A stretch of 64,000 bases of DNA from Candidatus Obscuribacterales bacterium (GTDB lineage: Bacteria > Cyanobacteriota > Vampirovibrionia > Obscuribacterales > Obscuribacteraceae): NCBI GenBank assembly GCA_965228855.1, contig CBDDIJ010000003.1:2592001-2656000 (forward strand), in the 5' to 3' direction. The notes below the pieces were generated by a model, which was not told the origin of the DNA, ran no database searches, and saw only the letters and a program-made list of their open reading frames with translations. The translations under genes were made by a program, and so were the position numbers. Shown one piece after another: positions 33,067-42,736 of the stretch; position 1 is the first letter of the stretch, and the number at the start of each line of letters is the position of its first letter.

Positions 33067-34133
33067 CCGTGCGTCTTACCGACCGGCTCTGGCTGTTGTT
33101 GCAGCTTTGCGGAGTCAGCGCCCTTTTTTTCCGGGGACCCTTCCTGCGGTTCTGCGTGAGCCGGAGCCTGTCCGTTCGCTTCGTCCTCCGCTTCTTCGTT
33201 CTCAAGCAACCATTGTGCTTCGAGCGCGGCACGGCAACCAGTTCCTGCTGCCGTAACCGCCTGCCTGTATTTCTGGTCGATACAGTCGCCCGCGGCAAAA
33301 ACGCCAGGGAACTTTGTCAGCACGCTACCTTCGTATTGCGTGATGATATAACCGGACTCGTTGAGTTCCAGCATCTCTTTGAACAAGTCGGTGTTCGGCT
33401 GGTGACCGATGGCGATGAAAACTCCGTCTGCATCGTGTTGGGAAACTTCACCGGTTTTGATGTTCTTGACCCGCACCCATTTAACTTCACCGGCTTCGAC
33501 TTCACCGATATCTTCGACAACGCAGTTGAGCAGATAATCAATCTTCTCGTTGCGCTTCATGCGATCCACCATGATCGCCGAAGCGCGGAATGTTTCACGC
33601 CTGTGAATCAAAGTGACGGACGATGCAAAACGGGTGAGGAACATGGCTTCCTCGATCGCCGTGTCTCCGCCGCCGACTACGAAAACCTTTTTGTCACGGA
33701 AAAAGAATCCGTCGCAAGTAGCGCAGGCCGAGACGCCATGACCCATGAGCTTCGATTCTGACTCCAGTCCTAGAAGTTTTGCCGAGGCGCCAGTGGTAAT
33801 GATGAGCGTCTGAGTGTGGATTTCCTGCTCGCTTGTTTTGATTACATAAGGGCGCTGCGACAAATCAACGGATTCGGCGTTGTCATAAATGAACTCTGTA
33901 CCGAATCTTTCAGCCTGTTTGTGCATGCGGGTCATCAGGTCAGGTCCCTGAATACCGTCGGGAAAGCCGGGAAAGTTTTCGACGTCAGTCGTAATAGTCA
34001 GCTGTCCACCAGCCTGCAGCCCCTCGATTACTAACGGATCCAGGTTGGCACGCGCGGCATAGATTGCTGCGGTCAGTCCGGCGGCGCCGGAACCGAGGAT
34101 GGTGACTTTTTTGTTTTTAGGTTTATTGGGCAT
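33057..34133 (-). CDS. trxB: Thioredoxin-disulfide reductase with C-terminal extension
   Basis: GSGAAG, GGQLTITTDVENFPGF, VSACATCDG, GGGDTAIEEA, HRR, FAAGD. Confidence 0.97.
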   Translation of the reverse strand: MPNKPKNKKVTILGSGAAGLTAAIYAARANLDPLVIEGLQAGGQLTITTDVENFPGFPDGIQGPDLMTRMHKQAERFGTEFIYDNAESVDLSQRPYVIKTSEQEIHTQTLIITTGASAKLLGLESESKLMGHGVSACATCDGFFFRDKKVFVVGGGDTAIEEAMFLTRFASSVTLIHRRETFRASAIMVDRMKRNEKIDYLLNCVVEDIGEVEAGEVKWVRVKNIKTGEVSQHDADGVFIAIGHQPNTDLFKEMLELNESGYIITQYEGSVLTKFPGVFAAGDCIDQKYRQAVTAAGTGCRAALEAQWLLENEEAEDEANGQAPAHAEPQEGSPEKKGADSAKLQQQPEPVGKTHGCC

Positions 34134-34275
34134 GAACGCTACCCCGACTGCGTTAAGGCGCTGGGACAAGATGACAAGTGAGCGACACTCGCTTAGACTC
34201 TCCATTTTAGGTGGAGAGACTGACTTAGAGCGGGAGATTCAAGATAACTTATCAATTTGGATCGCAGCTGATTTA

Positions 34276-35169
34276 TCAGCTATCAGCATCAACCGGACGC
34301 AATCCGAAAGGAAGTGAGAGTTTAATTTCATCAATCTTGGATAAAAGCTCTTGCTGCTTAGCAACCACGGTCTGAATAGTTTTCTCGGCCAGCGGTCCAC
34401 CTTCCTTCATCAACAAGAGGCGCACCCGCTCCAGGTCATTGATTTGACCAAGAGTTTGCTGAGCGGCAACCAGAGTAGGCGGTTCATGCCCGAAAAACTC
34501 GACAAGAATGTATCGCCAGGTCTTGATACTCAAGCGCAGAGCGTGCAATTCTTCAAGAGATGTGGCATTTGTGGCAAGATAACGAGTTTGGGCCTCGGTT
34601 TCCCTCAAGTATGACTCGATGGCGTCGCGCGGCCGGGCGCTGAACCGCCCGTCGTCTCGGTGTTTCTTCTTCAGTTTTTCCGCGCGTTTCTTCAAAAACT
34701 TGCTGAGGCTCTTCACTGCCTTTTCCATGTCGATGCGACTTAAAGCCGCGGTGGTCTCCTCTTCGACACGATTGCGCTGGTGCTGCCATTTTGCAAGAAT
34801 CTGCTCCGGAACGCCATATTCTTTGCCAGTGTTTAAATTCACGTCCCAATCGCGGACAGCGCCCAGAAGTTTATATCCCTTCTTGAGTTCAGCTCCCACC
34901 TTCTTTTTGTACGACTTAGTTTTGAAGCCCTCTTTGGAGAGCACATTCCATATCGAATACCAGCGCCGAAACGCCACACGCATGTTGTGGACGCGTTTTG
35001 CACTCTTGCTCTTTTTCTTCTTGTTTAGCTTCTTCGCGCTAATCCACAGCCTGTGGACGGCTTCTCCGGAAACTGCAATCTGGAAATCCAGGAAATTACT
35101 ATCCGAAAGCGCGGCGCTTTCCCCGCCCTTCGACGCCCCCTTGTCCCTGGCTTTTTCTTTGTCAACCAT
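34276..35169 (-). CDS. CHAD-domain protein
   Basis: VHNMRVAFRR, LGAVRDWDV, LHALRLSIKTWRY, QQTLGQIND. Confidence 0.9.
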   Translation of the reverse strand: MVDKEKARDKGASKGGESAALSDSNFLDFQIAVSGEAVHRLWISAKKLNKKKKSKSAKRVHNMRVAFRRWYSIWNVLSKEGFKTKSYKKKVGAELKKGYKLLGAVRDWDVNLNTGKEYGVPEQILAKWQHQRNRVEEETTAALSRIDMEKAVKSLSKFLKKRAEKLKKKHRDDGRFSARPRDAIESYLRETEAQTRYLATNATSLEELHALRLSIKTWRYILVEFFGHEPPTLVAAQQTLGQINDLERVRLLLMKEGGPLAEKTIQTVVAKQQELLSKIDEIKLSLPFGLRPVDADS

Positions 35170-35248
35170 GCAATTGCGTTGCTCAAATCAAATCGCACAT
35201 TCGCCGTGCGGTTTCACTGCCGTCTCCGGCCAGTACAAGTATATAGAC

Positions 35249-36604
35249 TCAGCCGAGCAAGTCGGAAATTATTTCTCGCGATCGCTTGATGACAAGGTCG
35301 CCGCCACCACGCGCATAAACCGCCCGAGCCCGCTCAAATACCGAAGGCATGGTTATCTTTACATGCTGGGGCAAGTGATAAGGTTCGCGACAAAACCGCA
35401 CTAACGCTTTGCAAGTCTTATCCCAGGTGAATTCATTAGATAGTTGCAGTGAAGCTTCTGAATAGCCCGCTCGAATCTCTCTGTCTCCAGCCAGACGAAC
35501 GATCGCCTCGCACCACGCATCCTCATCCTTGTACGGCAGCGCCAGGCCGGCATGAGCTTTATCTATCATTTCGGAGAGCGGGTCACCGCCAGTGCTCAGC
35601 ACCGGAAGCCCGCACCAGAGGTAATCGAGAATGCGGGTTCTAAACGAATAACGTGTCTCAGGCAAATCGAAGTGGGATGAAACAGCTATATCCGCATCAA
35701 GTAAATAGTTCACGCGCTTTTCGTACGGAATCCAGCCCTCTTTGAAAAACACATGTTTTCCTGTCAGCCCCAGGCGTTCTGACAGTTCGATCGCATCTCG
35801 TGCCATCTTCATAATCGGTACTTTAGGATTGGGCGACTTCATTCCCATAAAGACAAGGCGCAAATTCGGCACGCGGTCTTTCGCCTTCGCCACTGCCTCA
35901 ATCACCGTTAGTGGATCGAACCAGTCCCAGATTCCGCCGCCCCATAATAAAACGACATCGTCGGGACCGATGGCGTCAATCTCTTCGCGAAGTCCCGGAC
36001 CGTTGCGCACGGGCGCAAGTGTTTCGCGCCCAAAAGGAACCACGTCAATCAACTTTCGCATGGAAGGATCGAAGTCATAAAGTACCGGAGTCAAGCGCCC
36101 AAGCGCACAATAGCGACCTATCCAGTAGTCGCGTTGAATTTCAGACGCGCATATCGAAAAATCAGCATTCAGCATATGCTGCTCCAGAACCTTGTGCATC
36201 AAACGGTAACTGGCATCAGCCGCCACTTTCTCGTTCTTATATTGCACGAGCACAGAAAAGAGATATGGATCGTAAAGGTCAACAACCAGGTATTTGCCCA
36301 GCTCAGCAAGTTTTGGAAAAGGCCGAAGCACATTAGATTGAATTATGAGAACGTCGTTGTCGAGCGCCTCTCGATACATCGTCTGCCGATTTGCGCCCGT
36401 CAAAATATTCACGCCGGTTATCGGTGCGAGCTGCTCTTCAACAGGCTGAGCGACCGGTGATGCAACCGTAACTGCAAATTCCCCGGCGAGTTGCTTTGCC
36501 ATCTCGACGGCACGAATAGCCGGTCCAGCCATCGAACGCGAAATCGGTTCGAGCGTTACGAGCATGATTTTGCGCTGCTTATTTTGCTGTGAAGTTAAAC
36601 TCAT
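35249..36604 (-). CDS. Glycosyltransferase, GT-B/GT4-like
   Basis: MAGPAIR, VVDLYDP, LLWGGGIWDWFDP, SFRTRILDYLWCGLPV. Confidence 0.85.
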   Translation of the reverse strand: MSLTSQQNKQRKIMLVTLEPISRSMAGPAIRAVEMAKQLAGEFAVTVASPVAQPVEEQLAPITGVNILTGANRQTMYREALDNDVLIIQSNVLRPFPKLAELGKYLVVDLYDPYLFSVLVQYKNEKVAADASYRLMHKVLEQHMLNADFSICASEIQRDYWIGRYCALGRLTPVLYDFDPSMRKLIDVVPFGRETLAPVRNGPGLREEIDAIGPDDVVLLWGGGIWDWFDPLTVIEAVAKAKDRVPNLRLVFMGMKSPNPKVPIMKMARDAIELSERLGLTGKHVFFKEGWIPYEKRVNYLLDADIAVSSHFDLPETRYSFRTRILDYLWCGLPVLSTGGDPLSEMIDKAHAGLALPYKDEDAWCEAIVRLAGDREIRAGYSEASLQLSNEFTWDKTCKALVRFCREPYHLPQHVKITMPSVFERARAVYARGGGDLVIKRSREIISDLLG

Positions 36605-36847
36605 AATCGGATTGGCAACAGTTCCATATACACGGGAGGAAACTTTCCCGCGGACGGCCGCGCTACGGTGTTTTCTCGACCCGCGCGCGAGCAGGCCGGC
36701 GACCATTATATCCCTTTGGAAGGTCCCCTTAAGAAGTGCTCAATATGAGTTGTGACTTTTACCGTACAATACTGGGACCAATCGCGGATTCGGCAAGGAC
36801 CGAAGTAATGTGACCGCCACAGGCACAGAGAATAAACCGAGATCGAC

Positions 36848-37876
36848 GTGACCTCCGACAAGCTCATCAGTATCGTTATCCCGAATTGGAACGGCAAAAG
36901 ATTTCTTGCCGATTGTCTGGACTCGATCCGAAAGCAGACCCATAAGCAGATCGAAACAATCATCGTAGACAACGGCTCCAAAGACGGTTCCGTTGAGTTT
37001 CTCCGGGAACATTATCCGGAAGTGAAACTGATAACCTACGAGGTAAACACCGGCTTTGCTCCGGCGGTGAACGCGGGAATTCGCGCAGCCACCGGACACT
37101 ACATCTCACTACTTAACAATGACACCATCGTCGAGCCCCTCTGGGTCGAAGAGCTCGTCAAGGCCCTGGATGAACATCCCGAGGTCGGCTCCGTGGGCTG
37201 CAAGATGCTGTCCTATGAAGACCAGACCATCCTCGACGGCGTTGGCGACGGCTATCGACGCGGCGGCTTGCCCGGTCGAATCGGACACAGAGAAAAGGAC
37301 ATAGGACTTTTCGATAAACCGCGCTACATCTTGGGAGCGTGCGGCGGCGCGGCAATGTATCGCCGTGAGTTATTCGACGATATCGGTCTGTTCGACGATG
37401 ACTACTTTGCCTACCTGGAAGATGTCGATCTCGGACTTCGTGCACAGAGCGCAGGCTACAAGTGCCTTTACGTCCCCACCTCGGTCGTTTACCACCTCGG
37501 ATGCGGCACCACAGGCAGTGGCTACTCACCACTGGTGGTGAAACTTTCTTCGAGAAATAACTGGAATACGATTGTCAAAAACATTCCCATGCCTCTTCTC
37601 ATCAAGTTCTTGCCGCACATAATATACTGGCAGGCATTCTACCTCGCGGTTGTCACTCTGCGCGGCGGTCAGCTTTGGCCCTGGATGATTGGGACATTCC
37701 AGGCAGTCTGCATGCTGCCGAACATGCTGAAGAAACGAGCTGCAATAAACAAACGCAGATCGGTTCCGCTAGAATACATGGAATCCATCATAATCGAATC
37801 GGAGAACGACCTCGCCCAAGCACGAGCGCGGCTCTACGAACAAGCCCGAAAAGAAAAGAATTTGACTAAGAAATGA
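36848..37876 (+). CDS. Glycosyltransferase family 2
   Basis: SIVIPNWNG, IVDNGSKDGS, LLNNDT, FDDDYFAYLEDVDL. Confidence 0.95.
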   Translation: MTSDKLISIVIPNWNGKRFLADCLDSIRKQTHKQIETIIVDNGSKDGSVEFLREHYPEVKLITYEVNTGFAPAVNAGIRAATGHYISLLNNDTIVEPLWVEELVKALDEHPEVGSVGCKMLSYEDQTILDGVGDGYRRGGLPGRIGHREKDIGLFDKPRYILGACGGAAMYRRELFDDIGLFDDDYFAYLEDVDLGLRAQSAGYKCLYVPTSVVYHLGCGTTGSGYSPLVVKLSSRNNWNTIVKNIPMPLLIKFLPHIIYWQAFYLAVVTLRGGQLWPWMIGTFQAVCMLPNMLKKRAAINKRRSVPLEYMESIIIESENDLAQARARLYEQARKEKNLTKK

Positions 37877-38796
37877 AGATCTCAATCAACAAAGACAGTT
37901 CCGTACCCGTGCGGGATCAACTAGTGGAGCAGGTTTCACTCCAGATTGCCTCAGGTCTGTTAACGCCGAAAGAAAAACTTCCAAGTATTCGCGCTCTGGC
38001 AGCGAGATTAGGCATTCATTACAGCACCGTGACGGCAGCCTACAACCACCTTGCCGACGTGGGACTTCTCGATATTCGCCAGGGCAGCGGTGTTCGCGTA
38101 GCGAGTATAAACAACAGAGAGAATGAGCCAGCGGCAAAGTCAAACCTGGATTCGATGATTAACGATTTTCTGGCACGCGCTTCGGAAGCAGGCTTTGCGG
38201 CCGCCGATGTTATGAATGCGGTCGAGAAGTTGAAGGAGCGAAAACCGGTCCGGCGAATTCTGGCAGTAGATCGCAACGAAGACTTTCACAGGGTGCTGCT
38301 CACCGAGTTGAAGCCCCACTTCAAAATACCGGTCGAGGCCTGCACGGTTCAGGACATCATGGATAAGCCGGAGCAGATGGATGATTCCTTGATTCTCACC
38401 AGCCTCTATCACTTATTCACCTTCCAGGACAAAGTTAAGGACAGAACTCGCCTTGTGCCGTGCAATATAGAACCGGCCAGCCTGGAAATGGAAAAAATTG
38501 CCACGCTTCGCGCCGGCAGCCTTGTGCTTCTCGTCTCAGTCAGCGAGACCTTGATGAACATGGCGACAAAGCTGGTTGCCGCTCACCGCGGAGAGGAAAT
38601 CCCTGTTCGCTCCGTTCTCCTGAGCGACGAGAAAGAACTGAACTATATGGTCAATCATGCGAATTTGATTTTGTGTGACAGCCCCAGCGAGGATACCGTC
38701 CGAAAAATTGCGGACCCTAAAATTTTGCAGGTGTTCAAACTCTATCCGCCGTCTACCATAAAGCTCATTCAAGAGCGTTTGTCGAAATGGGGTTAG
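37873..38796 (+). CDS. GntR-family regulator, PlmA-like
   Basis: wHTH LPSIRALAARLGIH..TV..AY..L...G...IRQGSG; C-terminal domain resembles cyanobacterial PlmA from memory. Confidence 0.85.
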   Translation: MKISINKDSSVPVRDQLVEQVSLQIASGLLTPKEKLPSIRALAARLGIHYSTVTAAYNHLADVGLLDIRQGSGVRVASINNRENEPAAKSNLDSMINDFLARASEAGFAAADVMNAVEKLKERKPVRRILAVDRNEDFHRVLLTELKPHFKIPVEACTVQDIMDKPEQMDDSLILTSLYHLFTFQDKVKDRTRLVPCNIEPASLEMEKIATLRAGSLVLLVSVSETLMNMATKLVAAHRGEEIPVRSVLLSDEKELNYMVNHANLILCDSPSEDTVRKIADPKILQVFKLYPPSTIKLIQERLSKWG

Positions 38797-38890
38797 GACG
38801 TTTCAATTCACATCTTGTAAACTCCCATTCCCCAAACTTGCGTTTGCGCTCATAATTCAAACCTGGATTATTTTGTGGAGACAAACCCTT

Positions 38891-39319
38891 ATGAACATCG
38901 ACGGTTTGAAAGGCCTTCTCATTGCAGGCACGCTTCTATTCGCGACAACTCCGTTACCGGCAGAAGCGATCCCTGACAGCACGAAGCCGGCACGGCTGTG
39001 CGAGGAGAAATCGCCCGCCAAGTCCGAGGCTAAGGGCTGCGAGAAAAAAGCCGAAGGGTGCGGAAAAGCCGAAGGCGATTGCTGCAAGGCACCCAAGGTG
39101 AGCCAAAAACCTGATGATGAAGATTCGAGCACTACAGGTGGTAGCGGCGACGGTGACGGAGCCGGCACCACAGAAGGTGCTCCTGGTGAAGCTGCGCCCG
39201 GTGCGGCAGCCGGTTCGGACACGGCCGAGTCTCCCGCAGGTAGCACCGGTGGAGAGGCCGGAGCAACAGAAGGCAGTGAAGCTCCTCCCGCGCCGGCAGG
39301 AAAACCGGCAGACGACTAA
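38891..39319 (+). CDS. Small secreted protein with Cys/Lys/Glu motif and acidic Gly/Ala/Pro tail
   Basis: GGAG SD; signal peptide ending AEA; followed by terminator. Confidence 0.65.
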   Translation: MNIDGLKGLLIAGTLLFATTPLPAEAIPDSTKPARLCEEKSPAKSEAKGCEKKAEGCGKAEGDCCKAPKVSQKPDDEDSSTTGGSGDGDGAGTTEGAPGEAAPGAAAGSDTAESPAGSTGGEAGATEGSEAPPAPAGKPADD

Positions 39320-39350
39320 CGGTTGCCCGGAAAGGTATAGATAAACAGAT

Positions 39351-39388
39351 AAGCGCATGGATTGTCAGGTCCATGCGCTTTCAATTTT
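39351..39388. terminator. Intrinsic terminator between convergent genes
   Basis: AAGCGCATGGA-N8-TCCATGCGCTT then T-rich run. Confidence 0.75.
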
Positions 39389-39439
39389 CTGTACACGCTT
39401 TGCGGTTTCGAACCCCAGTTTTGAAGCTGGAAACGTCCT

Positions 39440-40495
39440 CTATTTACGCGGCGTGACGCCCAGACCCGGCAGATCCCGAAGCTTCAGATAACCGTCTTCG
39501 TAAGTCGCACCGTGGAAAGGATCCGAGGCGAGCAGCATGGCACCGTCGAGATCGAGGTAGTCGACCAGCGGTGCGAGCTGAACAGCCGCACTTATGCCGA
39601 TGGAAGATTCAATCATGCAGCCGAACATGATCTGCATAGAATGAGCCCTGGCAGTGTGTATTACGCGAATCGCCTCAAGCAAGCCCCCCGTTTTTGCGAG
39701 CTTCACCACGACACCATCGACGCAACCAGCCAGTCTTGCGACATCGTTGGAAGTGGAGACACTCTCGTCGGCAAAGATAGGCACAATCGAGTTTTCCTTG
39801 ACGTATTTGAAGTCTTCCTTGTGCGCGTTTTTCGCTAACGGTTGTTCGATAAATTGCACACCATAGTCGTACAGGAACTCGGACATTTCGATAGCTTGCT
39901 TCGGTGTCCATGCGCAATTCGCATCGACTCGCAACGGAATTTCCGGAGCAATTTCGCGAATTGTTTCAATAATCTCACGGTCATACGTCGTGCCTTGCTT
40001 GACCTTCAGCATCTTATAGCCGGCTTCCACAGCCTCTCTGGTCTTTTTCTCCACCATCTCGATGCTGTCGATACCGATAGTAAAATCGGTCATGGGCGCT
40101 TTCAGTCCACTCAAACCAAGCATCTTGTAGGTTGGCTGACCAGCGACTTTTCCGGCGATATCATGCAGCGCCATCTCGACCGCTGATTTGGCGGAATGAT
40201 TTTTTGCTATGATTTTGTTCATTCGATCGGAGACTTCGGCAATCGCGAATGGGTCGTCGCCAAGTACGTTTGCGTCGCGAACCATGCCGAGAACTGCCAT
40301 GACGGTTTCTCTAGTTTCATCATGGTATTTTGCCGGCGCAGCTTCACCGTAACCAATATGGTCTCCGAATTTCAGCTTGACGAGTACGTTTTTAGAATCG
40401 ACAGATGTTCCGGACGAAATTCCAAACGGATGCGCAGTCGTAAGATCCAGCGCTTCGAATTCGAGTTCAATCGCTGTAGTTTTAGTGGCAGTCAC
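39440..40495 (-). CDS. Enolase-superfamily dipeptide epimerase / N-acetyl-D-Glu racemase (AEE/DgcA-like)
   Basis: GYGEAAP, KVK, RVDAN, IEQP, PIFADES, KLAKTGG, GCMIES, DLDG. Confidence 0.92.
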   Translation of the reverse strand: MTATKTTAIELEFEALDLTTAHPFGISSGTSVDSKNVLVKLKFGDHIGYGEAAPAKYHDETRETVMAVLGMVRDANVLGDDPFAIAEVSDRMNKIIAKNHSAKSAVEMALHDIAGKVAGQPTYKMLGLSGLKAPMTDFTIGIDSIEMVEKKTREAVEAGYKMLKVKQGTTYDREIIETIREIAPEIPLRVDANCAWTPKQAIEMSEFLYDYGVQFIEQPLAKNAHKEDFKYVKENSIVPIFADESVSTSNDVARLAGCVDGVVVKLAKTGGLLEAIRVIHTARAHSMQIMFGCMIESSIGISAAVQLAPLVDYLDLDGAMLLASDPFHGATYEDGYLKLRDLPGLGVTPRK

Positions 40496-40505
40496 GGTTT
40501 ACCCC

Positions 40506-41594
40506 TTATGTTTTGGAAGCGGTTTGAGCGCGATTCGCTTTTCGCGTTTTATGCAGCGCCTCGAGAGCATCAACTAGATTCTCGCAACCATAGCGAACCG
40601 GGTCCGTAGCAGGAAGTCCGGTATGACGGGCAGCCTCATCGACCAGTTTGCGAGCTTCTTCTTCCGGTAAACCGAAAGTGTTCACGCAGATGCCAATCAC
40701 CTTTGCGGGTCGAATGACGCTCGACATGAATTCATACATTTTGATGCAATCATTCAAATCAGCAATCGGCCACTGCCCTTCGTTGCCAATGGTTTTCAAC
40801 CCGGCTTTCGTACAAAGGACCATAGCCTCCGGCGCGCTGCCGTGCAATAAAGATAGCGTCACTCCCGAGTAACCCGGGTGATAGAGCGACCCCTGCCCTT
40901 CGACGAACAACATGTCGAGACCTGGCGAATCTTTCACGACCAGTTCTTCAATGGCTCCAGCCATGAAATCACCGATCACACGGTCGATCGCAATTCCAGA
41001 GCCGCAAATCATGATGCCAGTCTGACCGGTCGCCACGAATCCGGATTTATAACCGCGTTTAGTTGCCAATCGGTCCATCTCAATTGCAGCAGTCATCTTA
41101 CCGACCGAACAATCAACTCCTACTGTCAGAACGGTCAGCGGGTCCACTTTGGCGCCTAAACCATTGGCAATCGGCAATTTATCAGGCGGTTTTCTCAAAT
41201 CAATGAGCTTGCGACCCAGACGATTGGCAGCCTCGACGAACTCGGGATCGTCCTCGAGAAAGTCGTGCAGACCATTGATGACGTCGATTCCCAGTTCCAG
41301 CGCCGCGAGGATGTCCTGGCGCCAGGCTTCAGGCATTCTGCCACCTACGAAGGCGCAACCGAGCAGCATGGCGTCAGCTTCCAGCTGAGCAGCTTCGGCA
41401 ACCGTCGCCACTATCGGAATGCCCTCTCCAACACCGCAAACTTCTTTTGCAGTTTTTCCGGCATGTTGCCTGTCAACAACTGCGACGATTTTGCTAGGTC
41501 CGAATCGAATGACGCCCTCGGCGGTCTTGGAATGTCCGCCGCCAAATTCGTCTCTGGCGTATAAAATCAGTCGGGTCTGAGTTTCAACATGCAT
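40506..41594 (-). CDS. DUF1611 protein (DgcN-like D-glutamate N-acetyltransferase)
   Basis: KTAEGVIR, NGLH, VGVDCSVGKMT, ATGQTGI, VEGQGSLYHP, LLHGSAP. Confidence 0.9.
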   Translation of the reverse strand: MHVETQTRLILYARDEFGGGHSKTAEGVIRFGPSKIVAVVDRQHAGKTAKEVCGVGEGIPIVATVAEAAQLEADAMLLGCAFVGGRMPEAWRQDILAALELGIDVINGLHDFLEDDPEFVEAANRLGRKLIDLRKPPDKLPIANGLGAKVDPLTVLTVGVDCSVGKMTAAIEMDRLATKRGYKSGFVATGQTGIMICGSGIAIDRVIGDFMAGAIEELVVKDSPGLDMLFVEGQGSLYHPGYSGVTLSLLHGSAPEAMVLCTKAGLKTIGNEGQWPIADLNDCIKMYEFMSSVIRPAKVIGICVNTFGLPEEEARKLVDEAARHTGLPATDPVRYGCENLVDALEALHKTRKANRAQTASKT

Positions 41595-41869
41595 AAATTG
41601 ATTAACAACCTTCTCTAATTGGTTTATTTGTTTAAAGTTATGTGCAAATCCTTTTTGGAATTGCTTGAAGGAGGCGACGTAATGTCTCCTGTACCCTAAA
41701 ATTATAAGGGGAAGCCACGCTCCGCTGTCGCCTGGTTCTTGATAACAGAGTGTCCTTGACGACCTGGAAGCGTTAAGATTTCATCGTGGATTCGGGGCCA
41801 ACTCGAAATCCAAGGCACAATCTAGGTAAACCTCATTTCATTTACGAACCGTACTAAATCCAGGTGACT

Positions 41870-42703
41870 ATGGGCGACGAGTCTGAAAACAAAGAATCAC
41901 TAGACGCTGGTGAAGCAAGCCGCAAGGGCGGCAAGCAAGATAGAAGTTCTTCGGCGAAGGCTTTTTACCGCGCAATGTACGCAGGAGCCGAGCCCGACCC
42001 GGAGGACTATGGTATGTCAACGAAGGATGAGCCTGAGCAACGCGGCAACAGCGGACCTTGTCCAAACTGCACCCGCATTCAGCAAGACATGGAAGGCTTG
42101 GAGAAACGTACGCTCGAAGCTGAAAACCACTACAAGCGAATGGCCGCGGATTTCGAAAACTATCGAAAACGGGTAGCGCGTGAGAAAGAAGAATTCAGCG
42201 CCAACGGTATTCAAAGAGCGATCGAAGCGATACTTCCGGCTCTCGACGATATGGACATGGCGAAAACCAAACTTTCGGCAGACATGGATTCAAAAGCCAT
42301 GATGGAAAGTTTGAACATGGTTTATAACCGCTTTAATCGCTGCCTCGAACAAATTGGAATCAAACAGCTTGAAGTTATAGGCGAGATGTTCGATCCGGTT
42401 TATCACGAGCCGGTTCAACAGGTGCCCAGTAAAGCTGTTCCGGACGGCGCAGTGGTTCATCAGTTGCGTCCAGGCTACATGTTCGGCGACAAAGTTTTAC
42501 GACCGTCTCTCGTCAACGTTGCCACCTCAGATGGTGCCGAAGACATCGAAGAGGCTCCAGCTCAAGTCGATGAACCGGCATCCGAAGTTCCAGAGGATGA
42601 AGGAGAACCCGGTTCCCGCACTCAGGACTTGCCAATCGTAGACGTGACAGCTGACCTCGAAGCGAAAGTATTCGAAGACAAGGACGAAGAAGGTAACGAA
42701 TAG
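41870..42703 (+). CDS. grpE: Nucleotide exchange factor GrpE
   Basis: RMAADFENYRKR, ILPALDD, FDPVYHE, GYMFGDKVLRPSLVNV. Confidence 0.96.
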   Translation: MGDESENKESLDAGEASRKGGKQDRSSSAKAFYRAMYAGAEPDPEDYGMSTKDEPEQRGNSGPCPNCTRIQQDMEGLEKRTLEAENHYKRMAADFENYRKRVAREKEEFSANGIQRAIEAILPALDDMDMAKTKLSADMDSKAMMESLNMVYNRFNRCLEQIGIKQLEVIGEMFDPVYHEPVQQVPSKAVPDGAVVHQLRPGYMFGDKVLRPSLVNVATSDGAEDIEEAPAQVDEPASEVPEDEGEPGSRTQDLPIVDVTADLEAKVFEDKDEEGNE

Positions 42704-42736
42704 CCTCTTCAACAGTCCTAGAATCTCAGGTGGTCA

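Noticed and set aside
34619..35404. 261-aa plus-strand ORF
   Set aside because: Antisense to the CHAD gene; its Phe/Leu-rich composition mirrors Lys codons on the other strand
41595..41869. CIRCE/HrcA operator before grpE
   Set aside because: No TTAGCACTC-N9-GAGTGCTAA match found
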